The translations under genes were made by a program, and so were the position numbers. Below, piece by piece: positions 21,620 to 31,028 of a stretch of DNA of 32,000 bases. Numbering within the stretch: the first letter of the stretch is position 1; each line of letters opens with the position of its first letter. Source of the DNA: Psychrobacter cryohalolentis K5 (lineage in GTDB: Bacteria; Pseudomonadota; Gammaproteobacteria; Pseudomonadales; Moraxellaceae); assembly GCF_000013905.1 (NCBI RefSeq), contig NC_007969.1, positions 2,850,001 to 2,882,000 of the forward strand, in the 5' to 3' direction. The notes beneath the pieces were generated by a model that saw only the letters and a program-made list of their open reading frames with translations, had not been told where the DNA came from and searched no databases.

Positions 21620-22867
21620 TTAGTAATAGCGACATTGGCTTTTTTCAATCTCAGGACTTTCTTTATAAATCTTTAGTAGCACCGCCACCATCACTAAGCT
21701 AATCAGCATTGATGAGCCACCATAACTAAAGAAAGGCATTGTCAAACCTTTAGTCGGAATTGCACCCATATTCATTGCAGCATTGATAATGGTCTGTGCA
21801 ATAAACACGACCGCAATGCCAAAAGCAGTATAGCTCATGCGCATCTGCCGACGCTTTAGAGCGGTATAACTAATACGCATAGCACTACCGATAATCAGCG
21901 CTTCAAGTATTAGAATCATCGTCACCCCAACGAAACCCAATTCTTCACCCGTAATGGCTAATAAAAAATCGGTATGCGCTTCTGGCAAATGCGACAGTTT
22001 TTGCACACTTTCACCATAACCAACGCCGGTAAACTGTCCACGGCCAAAGGCAATTAAGCTGCGTGCCAACTGATAATCCGTATCTTGCACATCATCAAAT
22101 GGGTCTAGAAAAGACATCACTCGTACCAATCGGTACTGTACTGTTGCAACCATTAATACTGCGCCGCCGACAGCAACCGCACCCAAGGCGATAAACTGTT
22201 TGTAAGGAGCACCAGCGATATAAAAAATCGCAAAGACCATGCCGATAATAACCACAAAGGAGCCAAAATCTGGCTGCGCTAATAATAGAAAGGTTATCAT
22301 CCCAACCACCAACGCAATCCTTAAAAAGCCATCCCAACCATTACGAACTTCGAATGAGCGCCGTACGACAAAATCTGAGACAAATATAATCATTACAAGC
22401 TTTGCAAGTTCTGCTACCTGGAAGTTGAATCCTGCTAAGGTTAACCAGCGCTTCGAGCCATTAATGGGCGTGCTAAATAAGGTCGCAAATAGCAAGGCTC
22501 CCGTAATGGCTAAGAGTATAAATTGGGTTTCGGTCTTATATAAGGTCTTTAAGGACACAATCCGATAAGAAATCGCTGCGATAACCAGTCCAATGCCCAT
22601 GTATAGAAGCTGATTATAAAAAAACTTTAGCTCTGTCATGCCGCGGCTAAGCGCAAAAGGAATAGACGCCGAAGCCACCATTAATAGGCTCAGCACCAAC
22701 ATACAGCCAACGCTAGATAATAAAATCGCGCGCGCAGATGGCATAGATAAAACGCCATCTGAACCGTTATGTTGTCGAGATTGAAACGAAGAACGAAAGA
22801 GAGAAGAGAGCGCCATAATTTTATATACACTAGCAAACGAAAAAACACGGCGTTTATGCAACGCCAC
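21620..22867 (-). CDS. ftsW: Peptidoglycan glycosyltransferase FtsW (SEDS family)
   Basis: [27 protein letters not shown] and [16 protein letters not shown] match FtsW motifs (E. coli [26 protein letters not shown] and PTKGLTLPLISYGGSS). It lies downstream of murD. The start is uncertain: GTG at 22867, ATG at 22816 or ATG at 22744, none with a clear SD. Confidence 0.88.
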   Translation of the reverse strand: [415 protein letters not shown]

Positions 22868-23087
22868 CGTTTAAAAATTAAAAAGAGATATTGGTGAATA
22901 GACTTGACTAAAAAGTTGCGCATAAGCAACACAGTGTCGATTAGAAAACCTTCAATTAATACTCATCAAAGTATTCACTGTCTCTGCTACAGTCTGTAAT
23001 TCCTGACCGTAATGCTTGTCTTTGACAGTAGCAGCAATTTATAAGCAAAACAATCATTTATCCAGAAAATGCTTGTCGTGTTTACGA

Positions 23088-23132
23088 TTATAAAGCGCAG
23101 GTCACATAATATTGTAACAAGGCGCTTTATAA
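23088..23132. repeat. Perfect 11-bp inverted repeat in the murD-ftsW spacer
   Basis: TTATAAAGCGC (23088..23098) and GCGCTTTATAA (23122..23132) are separated by 23 nt. There is no U-run on the transcribed strand. Confidence 0.6.
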
Positions 23133-23185
23133 GACCGAATAGGGCTATATAGATGCTTAGGTTTTGCCGTTCATGATCGAAACCT

Positions 23186-24601
23186 TTAAGACACAACATC
23201 CAATTGTTTAACGAGCTGGCTAAAGTGCTCGCCGCGCGCGACAAACCCATCAAACTGATCGAAGCTTGCACAAGCAGGTGACAATAACACTGCCTGTACT
23301 TGCGACAAACTACTTGCTGTTACTTGCTCAATCGTCGCAAAAGCATTTTCTAATGTCTGACATTGATGTAGGCTGACCTCATCGCTGAGACCCGCTGCGC
23401 GTAAATGCTGCTCAATCTGCTTACCATCTTCACCAATAAACAGCACTTGACTCACGTATTGATTGATAAAGGGCGAAAGTTCACCGAACTGCTGACCTTT
23501 ACCTTGACCGCCCAATATTAATAGCAGCTTACCGTCTTTTGGCGCATAAACTGCACCTAAACCTTCAACAGCCGCCATAGTTGAGCCAATATTAGTGCCT
23601 TTAGAGTCATTAAAATAATCAATGCCAGCGACTGTAGAGACATATTGGCAGCGATGCTCAAGCCCTGCAAACTGCTGCAAAGTAATGAGCATAATTTCAA
23701 GCGGCAAACCAGCAAGCTCGCCCAATGCCAACGCTGCTTGGGCATTGAGCAGGTTATGACGCCCTTTTATCTTGAGTTTGTCTGCCGATATTAGACGCTC
23801 TGTGCCGCGTGCTAAATAAGTCTGTCCGGCGGTATCCGTAATAAGTCCATAATGTCCTTTATTAGGCGCATGGATACCAGTACTCAATCTTGGCAAACTG
23901 TCTGATACCAGTGGCCGCGTCAAAGCATCTTCTCGATTAATCACTACTGATTTGGCACCTTGAAAGATACGGTGTTTGGCTTGGTGATAGCCGAGCATAT
24001 CGCCATGACGATCTAAGTGATCAGGCGACATATTGAGGACTGTCGCGACCTGCGCTCCTAAGTTGGTGACCGTTTCTAACTGAAAGCTGGATAACTCTAT
24101 AACCGCCAGCTCCATCTCTTTATTACTCAGTAGGCTCAGCGCTGGCACACCAATATTACCGCCTACGCCAACATTGATACCTGCATCTGCCGCCATTTGT
24201 CCGACCAGTGTCGTAACGGTGCTCTTGGCATTTGAACCTGTAATCGCAACGATTGGTACCGTACAAGCCTCACAAAATAGCTGAATATCACTGACCACTG
24301 GAATATTTGCAGCTCGTGCCGCGGCAATGGCGACATTATCTAAAGAGATACCAGGGCTGATAATAATCCGTGCCGCTTGTTGTAATAATTCGGCATCGAT
24401 CGCACCAAACTGCCTGATATCAATAGTAGCAGGTAGCTTATTTGCTAACGCAGGATTTTCTTGATTGTCAGTGACGGCAACTTGGTAGCCTTGCTCGGCC
24501 AAATAATGCGCGACCGATAACCCCGACTGCCCCAAACCGACCACGACTTGTAAACCACTGCCTTTATGAAGTAAGGTTTCTGTTGCGGTGCTAGCGGTCA
24601 T
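23186..24601 (-). CDS. murD: UDP-N-acetylmuramoyl-L-alanine--D-glutamate ligase MurD
   Basis: The 471-aa ORF has the N-terminal Rossmann VVGLGQSGLS and the Mur ligase P-loop ITGSNAKST, and shows murD-ftsW synteny. AAGGAAAA lies upstream of the ATG. Confidence 0.93.
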   Translation of the reverse strand: MTASTATETLLHKGSGLQVVVGLGQSGLSVAHYLAEQGYQVAVTDNQENPALANKLPATIDIRQFGAIDAELLQQAARIIISPGISLDNVAIAAARAANIPVVSDIQLFCEACTVPIVAITGSNAKSTVTTLVGQMAADAGINVGVGGNIGVPALSLLSNKEMELAVIELSSFQLETVTNLGAQVATVLNMSPDHLDRHGDMLGYHQAKHRIFQGAKSVVINREDALTRPLVSDSLPRLSTGIHAPNKGHYGLITDTAGQTYLARGTERLISADKLKIKGRHNLLNAQAALALGELAGLPLEIMLITLQQFAGLEHRCQYVSTVAGIDYFNDSKGTNIGSTMAAVEGLGAVYAPKDGKLLLILGGQGKGQQFGELSPFINQYVSQVLFIGEDGKQIEQHLRAAGLSDEVSLHQCQTLENAFATIEQVTASSLSQVQAVLLSPACASFDQFDGFVARGEHFSQLVKQLDVVS

Positions 24602-25122
24602 GGCTTTTCCTTTTATGAAACGAACAAATAAATAAACAAAATGATATCAAGAAAACAGACAATCAATGTACTGCACATATCGCCTGAACCATTTGATTAA
24701 AATGAATAGTATGATAACGGTATCAACCATATTTCGGTACTGATTTTTCAATGCTTTATACAATGAGACGGCGGTTTTTATATTGAGTGGCTAATGCTAT
24801 AATAGCGACCTTAGTAAGAGCGACTATATTGACGACAACTTCAGCATAGCATTTTAGTTTAGCATGTTGTCACGATTATCGTGCGACTGTCGCCTCTTAT
24901 TGGCAATGTTTCATATTACGCTAATAGTATGATAGGCATGTTCTCCCTTATTTTTCATCATATGTATTTTTATAATTTTTCTGACGGTTTATCTGTCTTC
25001 TTCTACCGCAGACCATGATTGCGGACACAGTTTTATCATTCTAGAAATGCTCATCACAATGCAATCATTCTGTCACTGAGTAATGATTGCTTTTTTTGTC
25101 CCCAACTATATGCAGTTTACTT

Positions 25123-26622
25123 ATGACATCTTTTTTTGGTAATTTACGTGAAGAGTGGTTTTCCAATATTCGTGGCGATACCTTATCGGGTTTAGTCGTT
25201 GCTCTGGCACTGATTCCAGAGGCCATTGCCTTTTCTATCATCGCCGGTGTCGACCCAAAAGTTGGTTTATATGCCTCATTTTGCATCGCAGTAGTCATCA
25301 GTTTCGTTGGTGGACGTCCGGGTATGATTTCGGCAGCTACAGGAGCCATGGCACTGGTCATGGTTGACTTGGTTGCCGACCACGGTCTGCAATACCTACT
25401 TGCTGCAACCTTATTGTGCGGTGGTATTCAAGTCGTTATGGGCATCTTAAAGCTGGGTAATCTGATGCGTTTTGTATCGCGCTCAGTCGTTATCGGTTTT
25501 GTGAATGCGCTGGCAATTTTGATATTTGCCGCGCAGTTGCCTGAGCTCAACCCTGCCACTGAACGCGTTGGTCTGACGGTTTATATAATGACTGCCGCAG
25601 GTTTGGCGATTATTTATTTATTTCCCCTCATTCCTAAAATTGGTCGCGTTATTCCATCGCCACTGATTTGCATTGTAGGTTTGACAGCTGTTGCCATGTA
25701 TATGAATCTTGATATTCGTAACGTTGGCAGTATGGGCGACTTGCCAGATTCATTACCGATGTTTTTGCTTCCTGATATTCCCCTAAACTTGACTACCTTA
25801 CTTATTATCGCGCCTTACTCTATCGCGCTTGCCATCGTAGGTTTGTTGGAATCTATGATGACAGCAACCATTGTCGATGAGCTGACCGATACGCCAAGCG
25901 ATAAAAACCGCGAATGCCGTGGTCAAGGTATCGCTAACGTCGTATCAGGATTCTTTGGCGGTATGGCTGGCTGTGCAATGATTGGGCAGTCAATGATTAA
26001 CGTAAAATCTGGTGGGCGTACCCGTTTATCATCGCTCATCGCTGGTGTCGTACTACTGATTATGGTGGTGTTTTTAAATGATTGGGTCAGCTTGATACCG
26101 ATGGCGGCGCTGGTAGCTGTGATGATTATGGTATCTATTGGTACCTTTAACTGGCAGTCTATTCGTGAATTTAAGACCCATCCTATGTCATTTAATATTG
26201 TCATGCTAGCGACAGTTTTGACCACCGTCTTTACTCACAACTTAGCATACGGCGTCGGTGTTGGCGTACTATTATCTGCTTTAGCTTTTGCTAACAAAAT
26301 TGGTCAATTCTTAACCGTATTTAGCGAATATGATGACAGTAGCAATACACGTTATTATTACGTTCAAGGGCAAGTGTTCTTTGCATCTACCACGCAGTTT
26401 TTGCAAAGCTTTGATACCAAAGAGGCATTAGATAATGTTCACATCGATGTGAGCCAAGCGCATTTTTGGGATATCAGCGCAGTAGATACTTTAGATAAGC
26501 TGGTGATACGCTTGCAGCGCGAAGGTATTGAGGTAAAAGTCGTTGGATTGAACAGTGCCAGCCGTACGCTTATCGATCGTTTTTCGATTCATGATCGCCG
26601 AGATATTGGCTTATTAGATTAG
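25123..26622 (+). CDS. SulP-family anion transporter with C-terminal STAS domain
   Basis: The ORF has the SulP N-terminal signature ([27 protein letters not shown]) and about 10-12 TM helices. The C-terminal STAS region reads [15 protein letters not shown]...[15 protein letters not shown]. The tracked start at 25087 is a TTG, so I chose the ATG at 25123. Confidence 0.85.
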   Translation: MTSFFGNLREEWFSNIRGDTLSGLVVALALIPEAIAFSIIAGVDPKVGLYASFCIAVVISFVGGRPGMISAATGAMALVMVDLVADHGLQYLLAATLLCGGIQVVMGILKLGNLMRFVSRSVVIGFVNALAILIFAAQLPELNPATERVGLTVYIMTAAGLAIIYLFPLIPKIGRVIPSPLICIVGLTAVAMYMNLDIRNVGSMGDLPDSLPMFLLPDIPLNLTTLLIIAPYSIALAIVGLLESMMTATIVDELTDTPSDKNRECRGQGIANVVSGFFGGMAGCAMIGQSMINVKSGGRTRLSSLIAGVVLLIMVVFLNDWVSLIPMAALVAVMIMVSIGTFNWQSIREFKTHPMSFNIVMLATVLTTVFTHNLAYGVGVGVLLSALAFANKIGQFLTVFSEYDDSSNTRYYYVQGQVFFASTTQFLQSFDTKEALDNVHIDVSQAHFWDISAVDTLDKLVIRLQREGIEVKVVGLNSASRTLIDRFSIHDRRDIGLLD

Positions 26623-26767
26623 CACTGTATGTGTGTTATCAAGCTGATATAAACGAGTGGTTTATTGATCAGTAATTATATTGGTATATAAATCAGGTTG
26701 GGCAGTTGAGCGCCATATCTCGACTGCCCAGCTTGCATTTTAGTTATTGAAATGATGTGATGCCTTT

Positions 26768-27622
26768 ATGAGTAATTTGAAGCCAGATAGCGTAATTGCC
26801 TGCTTAGACTGCCCAAACCATGTGCAAGCTGTATTGGAAGCAAGCATGTGGGCGTCTATCCGCTTGCAAGCCCCGATTGGACTGCTGTATTCAGTGCCAA
26901 GCTTACAGCAGAAGGCAGCCGTTGATTATTCGGGCTGCCTCAATATTGATGATGAAAATACCTTACTAGATCAATTCACTATAAAAGAGCACTTGAGTAA
27001 TTGCGAGTTAAAAGCGCAAGGTAAGCTTCTTTTACATCAAGCAAGCAGCTATTGTGAGCAGCAACGTCACAAAATCAAGACTTATACGCTGCATCGGCAT
27101 GAAAAGCTCGATGACAGTATTAATTATGTCGATGACCAAGCCCAACTTATCGTGATTGGTCATCATGTCACTTGTAAATCGACTCTAAGCCAGCTTATCC
27201 GCTCAAGTCACTGCCCCATTTTGGTGACTCATGCACCATTTTTGCCCCCTACCAGTGCTTTATTTGCGTTTGATAATAGTCCTACTTCGCACAAAATGCT
27301 GAATTGGCTATGTAAAACACCTTTAGTGCGCGCCTTGCTGATCCATATCGTCATGGTCGGCAAAGAGAACTCTGAAAACTGCGATGCATTACGTGAAGCC
27401 TACGCGCGCCTAAAACAAGCTGGTATTAAATGCAAAAAAACCTTGCTCGACTGCCGTGATGTCACTGCAGCGCTAACCTACTATCAACGTGACAACGATA
27501 TTGGTCTACTGATGACAGGTGCTTTTGCCCAGCCGCGTTTGATTGAGCTGCTCAAAGGCAGTGACACCAAAAAGCTATTAGGTAGCACCACTACTCCGTA
27601 CTTATTGTTCCCCAAAGCCTAA
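26768..27622 (+). CDS. Tandem universal stress protein (two UspA-like domains)
   Basis: The 284-aa ORF shows two repeats of the USP pattern, ...LIVIGHH...CPILVTH and ...LLMTGAFAQPRLIELLKGSDTKKLLGSTTTPYLLF. The second has a near-canonical G-x2-(G/A)-x9-GS nucleotide-binding motif. USP genes are commonly adjacent to SulP genes. Confidence 0.6.
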   Translation: MSNLKPDSVIACLDCPNHVQAVLEASMWASIRLQAPIGLLYSVPSLQQKAAVDYSGCLNIDDENTLLDQFTIKEHLSNCELKAQGKLLLHQASSYCEQQRHKIKTYTLHRHEKLDDSINYVDDQAQLIVIGHHVTCKSTLSQLIRSSHCPILVTHAPFLPPTSALFAFDNSPTSHKMLNWLCKTPLVRALLIHIVMVGKENSENCDALREAYARLKQAGIKCKKTLLDCRDVTAALTYYQRDNDIGLLMTGAFAQPRLIELLKGSDTKKLLGSTTTPYLLFPKA

Positions 27623-27656
27623 AGACAGCCTCTTAGCTTATTCTTTTTGACACTCA

Positions 27657-27720
27657 GGCTACTTATTTATCGATATAGAGACTACTCTTTATATCGATAA
27701 ACAGGTAGCCTTTGTCTTTT
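27657..27720 (+). terminator. Long hairpin plus T-rich tract after the USP gene
   Basis: The 21-nt arms GGCTACTTATTTATCGATATA (27657..27677) and TATATCGATAAACAGGTAGCC (27690..27710) pair with one mismatch and one G-U pair. The loop is 12 nt and TTTGTCTTTT follows. Confidence 0.65.
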
Positions 27721-27962
27721 CTAGCTGTTTTTATATCCTACAATCATTTAGCCAATCATCACAGGAAATAAAGCCATATCCTCCCCCAAGTGATTAAAAA
27801 GTTAGTTATAATAAAGTTTGTATTCATGTAACGTTACAGGTTAATTGTCTATTTATACACAGTAAAACGAGGATTATGTTTGCTGTATAAACGCCATTTT
27901 TGTCATTGTGCTAATGATTTTGAGTAAATGCGCCTTATTTTACCTTCCCCCTTGAGTAAGTT

Positions 27963-27978
27963 TGGCACAATTCTTGAA
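27963..27978 (+). promoter_or_regulatory. Candidate sigma54 (-24/-12) promoter for glnK-amtB
   Basis: The site TGGCAC-AATTC-TTGAAT compares with the consensus TGGCAC-N5-TTGCW. The GG is perfect but the -12 element is GA rather than GC. It lies about 85 nt upstream of the glnK ATG. Confidence 0.5.
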
Positions 27979-27986
27979 TCATTTAA

Positions 27987-28400
<414 letters not shown>

Positions 28401-28477
28401 GCGCAAGACTTACTTATAAATATCTCTTTATAGGTCATACCGATCTCTGTATTGCATATATTCAAGGGGGAATTAAC

Positions 28478-29740
28478 ATGCAAAATCAAATCTTTGAGCT
28501 CCAGTACGCGCTAGATACGTTTTACTTTTTAATGTGTGGCGCGCTTGTCATGTGGATGGCTGCGGGCTTCACAATGCTAGAGGCAGGGCTGGTTCGCTCA
28601 AAAAATACTGTCGAAATCCTAACAAAAAATATCGCGCTTTTTGCGACTGCCTGTACCATGTATATGATATGCGGTTATGCCATCATGTATGACGGCAATC
28701 TGTTTTTGAGTGGTATTGCAGGCACCGAAAGTTTGGTCACTGATGCATTAGCTACCTCAGCTGAAAACGGCTTTAATGGCGATGCAGTTTACTCCAGCGC
28801 GTCCGACTTTTTCTTTCAAGTTGTCTTTGTAGCCACCTGTATGTCTATCGTCTCAGGCGCGGTCGCTGAACGTATGAAACTATGGGCATTCTTACTGTTT
28901 GCCGTGGTGATGACTGGTGTCATTTATCCATTAGAAGGCAGCTGGACATGGGGTGGCAAGGAAGTCTTTGGCTTATATAGTCTAGGCGACTTGGGTTTCT
29001 CTGATTTTGCAGGCTCTGGCATCGTACATATGGCAGGTGCGGCAGCGGCGTTATCAGGTGTATTACTCTTAGGAGCGCGCCTAGGTAAATATGGCGTTAA
29101 AGGCGAGATACGCGCTATTCCTGGTGCAAACTTACCACTGGCAGCGCTTGGTACCTTAATCTTATGGATGGGCTGGTTTGGCTTTAACGGTGGTTCTGTA
29201 TTAAAACTGGGTGATATCGCTAGCGCCAATTCTGTCGCTGTCGTGTTTTTGAATACCAATGCCGCCGCTGCTGGTGGAGCGATTGGTGCGTTGCTCATCG
29301 CACGCCTTATATTTGGTAAAGCCGATTTAACCATGCTCTTAAATGGTGCATTGGCAGGTTTGGTTGCCATCACTGCAGAACCTTTAACGCCGTCAGCACT
29401 ACAAGCTACCTTATTTGGTATGACTGCTGGTGTCATCGTTGTCTTATCGATTTTACTACTAGACAAAATAAAAATTGACGACCCGGTAGGCGCTATTTCT
29501 GTCCATGGTGTGGTGGGTTTATTTGGTCTGCTTATTGTACCGCTGACCAATCCGGCAGCGTCATTGCTTGGTCAACTAGTAGGTGCTGCGACTATTTTTG
29601 CATGGGTCTTTATAAGCAGCTTAATCGTTTGGAGCATTATCAAGTTTGTCATCGGTCTGCGTATCTCTGAAGAAGAAGAATATCAAGGTGCTGATATTGC
29701 CGAATGTGGTATGGAAGCCTATCCAGAATTTATAAGATAG
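28478..29740 (+). CDS. amtB: Ammonium transporter AmtB
   Basis: The 420-aa polytopic ORF has Amt motifs (DFAGSGIVHMAGAAAAL, LGWFGFNGGS, VHGVVGLFG). The SD AAGGGGGA lies upstream. Confidence 0.95.
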   Translation: MQNQIFELQYALDTFYFLMCGALVMWMAAGFTMLEAGLVRSKNTVEILTKNIALFATACTMYMICGYAIMYDGNLFLSGIAGTESLVTDALATSAENGFNGDAVYSSASDFFFQVVFVATCMSIVSGAVAERMKLWAFLLFAVVMTGVIYPLEGSWTWGGKEVFGLYSLGDLGFSDFAGSGIVHMAGAAAALSGVLLLGARLGKYGVKGEIRAIPGANLPLAALGTLILWMGWFGFNGGSVLKLGDIASANSVAVVFLNTNAAAAGGAIGALLIARLIFGKADLTMLLNGALAGLVAITAEPLTPSALQATLFGMTAGVIVVLSILLLDKIKIDDPVGAISVHGVVGLFGLLIVPLTNPAASLLGQLVGAATIFAWVFISSLIVWSIIKFVIGLRISEEEEYQGADIAECGMEAYPEFIR

Positions 29741-29944
29741 TGGATATATTAATAACTCTGCTTTAAGAATGCTGTAGTGCTGCTAGCAGGGATTTCAAAG
29801 TCTCTGCCACGCATTGCTCACAGTTTACGATGAACATCTATCCTAGCAAAGCTATAGTTAGCTTATATCGCTTTTGTTTTGAGATGAATATATAATCAGG
29901 ATCTTAATTTTACTTTAAACAGAGATATAACAACAGATACCACT

Positions 29945-29985
29945 AAAAATCCCGCAAAACCTTTCGGCAATGCGGGATTTTTTTA
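29945..29985. terminator. Bidirectional rho-independent terminator between amtB (+) and the DUF2147 gene (-)
   Basis: The stem is ATCCCGCA (29949..29956) paired with TGCGGGAT (29971..29978), with a 14-nt loop. It is flanked by an A-run (29945..29949) and a T-run (29979..29985). Confidence 0.7.
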
Positions 29986-30033
29986 TCCTTTATTAAGACT
30001 TAGCTTAATAAAGAGAGTTACAGTAACTCAGAC

Positions 30034-30417
30034 TTATTTCTTTTTCCACGTTTGGCTACGTGAGAATGGCCCTAAATGACCTTTTAGATCAAGATTGCTA
30101 CCATTCAAGTTAGCAGTCAATTTATAAGTCTTGTTTTTTTCAGGGTCAGTAATCTTACCACCACTGTATTTACCATTACCATCAGCTTTTAGTCCAGAGA
30201 TAATCGTCATACCAACGTGCTTCTGACCCTTCTCTGACACGGTGCTGATAAGCTTACCAGTCAACACGCCATTTGACTCAGTGATTTTAACCACGCCTTT
30301 TGGCTTGCCTTCGTCATAAGTCTGCCAAGTAGTATTGGCTAATGGATCAGCAGCGAATGCCATGCTTCCTAAACTGATACCAGCAATTGCTAATGTAGTT
30401 TTTGCGAATAGTTTCAT
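30034..30417 (-). CDS. Secreted DUF2147-family protein
   Basis: The ORF has a signal peptide (MKLFAKTTLAIAGISLGSMAFA/AD) and DUF2147-like motifs (TWQTYDE..KPKGVVKI....GVLTGKLI, GGKITDPEKNKTYK, LDLKGHLGPFSRSQTWKK). I chose the ATG at 30417 because AAGGGAG lies upstream. Confidence 0.7.
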   Translation of the reverse strand: MKLFAKTTLAIAGISLGSMAFAADPLANTTWQTYDEGKPKGVVKITESNGVLTGKLISTVSEKGQKHVGMTIISGLKADGNGKYSGGKITDPEKNKTYKLTANLNGSNLDLKGHLGPFSRSQTWKKK

Positions 30418-30688
30418 AAATAGACTCCCTTCATTCAATGATTATTAGAAACGATATGTTTCTATGTCCTAAGCTCATCCTTTGCCAACAATTTTTTATT
30501 ACAGCTCAGTGGTACTATATTCAGTTTTCGCTCATTAGTACAGCAAATACCAAATGACCAATTTACTCTTTATAAAAAATCTGGACAGCATAAGCGTTGT
30601 CTTGACCCATTATAAGCAATTTTAAGAATTTGCCTAGTAATTTTTTTATAGTTTATTATTTCTATAAAATCAAAACTATATCAATAAG

Positions 30689-30952
30689 TTACAAGAAAGG
30701 ATTGTCTATAATTTTGCCCGATTGGTCATCTTTTTCTTTTGACTTAGCCTCATCATTAATATAGAGACTTTTACTTTCGAAGGCGCTTAAAATTTTACCG
30801 CTAAGCTCATGCAGCTGCTTTGCCTGCTCATATCCAGTGTCATTTAAGACCAGATTAATGTCCCCATAAATAATAATTCTATCTTCTTGATTTTCAATCA
30901 CCAGCTCACCAATTTGCATGCTTTGGTGGTTATTAGCAAATGGGTCAATCAT
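30689..30952 (-). CDS. Small acidic cytoplasmic protein of unknown function, 87 aa (candidate nuclease inhibitor)
   Basis: A strong SD (AAGGGGGA, 4 nt before the ATG) precedes the ORF. It has no signal peptide or TM helix. By my count it has 16 D/E versus 8 K/R. It lies 76 nt downstream of the nuclease gene on the same strand, with no terminator between them. I do not recognise the family. Confidence 0.55.
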   Translation of the reverse strand: MIDPFANNHQSMQIGELVIENQEDRIIIYGDINLVLNDTGYEQAKQLHELSGKILSAFESKSLYINDEAKSKEKDDQSGKIIDNPFL

Positions 30953-31028
30953 TTAATCCCCCTTTTTTCATAAGTAGCATATTACAGGATGTATCAGAAT
31001 CACACAGGTCCAGCAATATTTAAACGAT

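Noticed and set aside
22987-23271. A 94-aa minus-strand ORF overlapping the 3' end of murD and the murD-ftsW spacer.
   Set aside because: It overlaps the murD stop region in another frame, lacks an SD, and has no recognisable domain. It does not explain the spacer.
25065-26225. Minus-strand ORFs (98 and 100 aa) and a 70-aa plus-strand out-of-frame ORF inside the SulP gene.
   Set aside because: They are shadow ORFs within a confident polytopic transporter frame.
28924-29550. A 208-aa minus-strand ORF inside amtB.
   Set aside because: It is antisense to a very confident AmtB frame. Its Pro/Ala/Lys-rich low-complexity composition is typical of the reverse frame of Gly/Ala-rich membrane protein genes.
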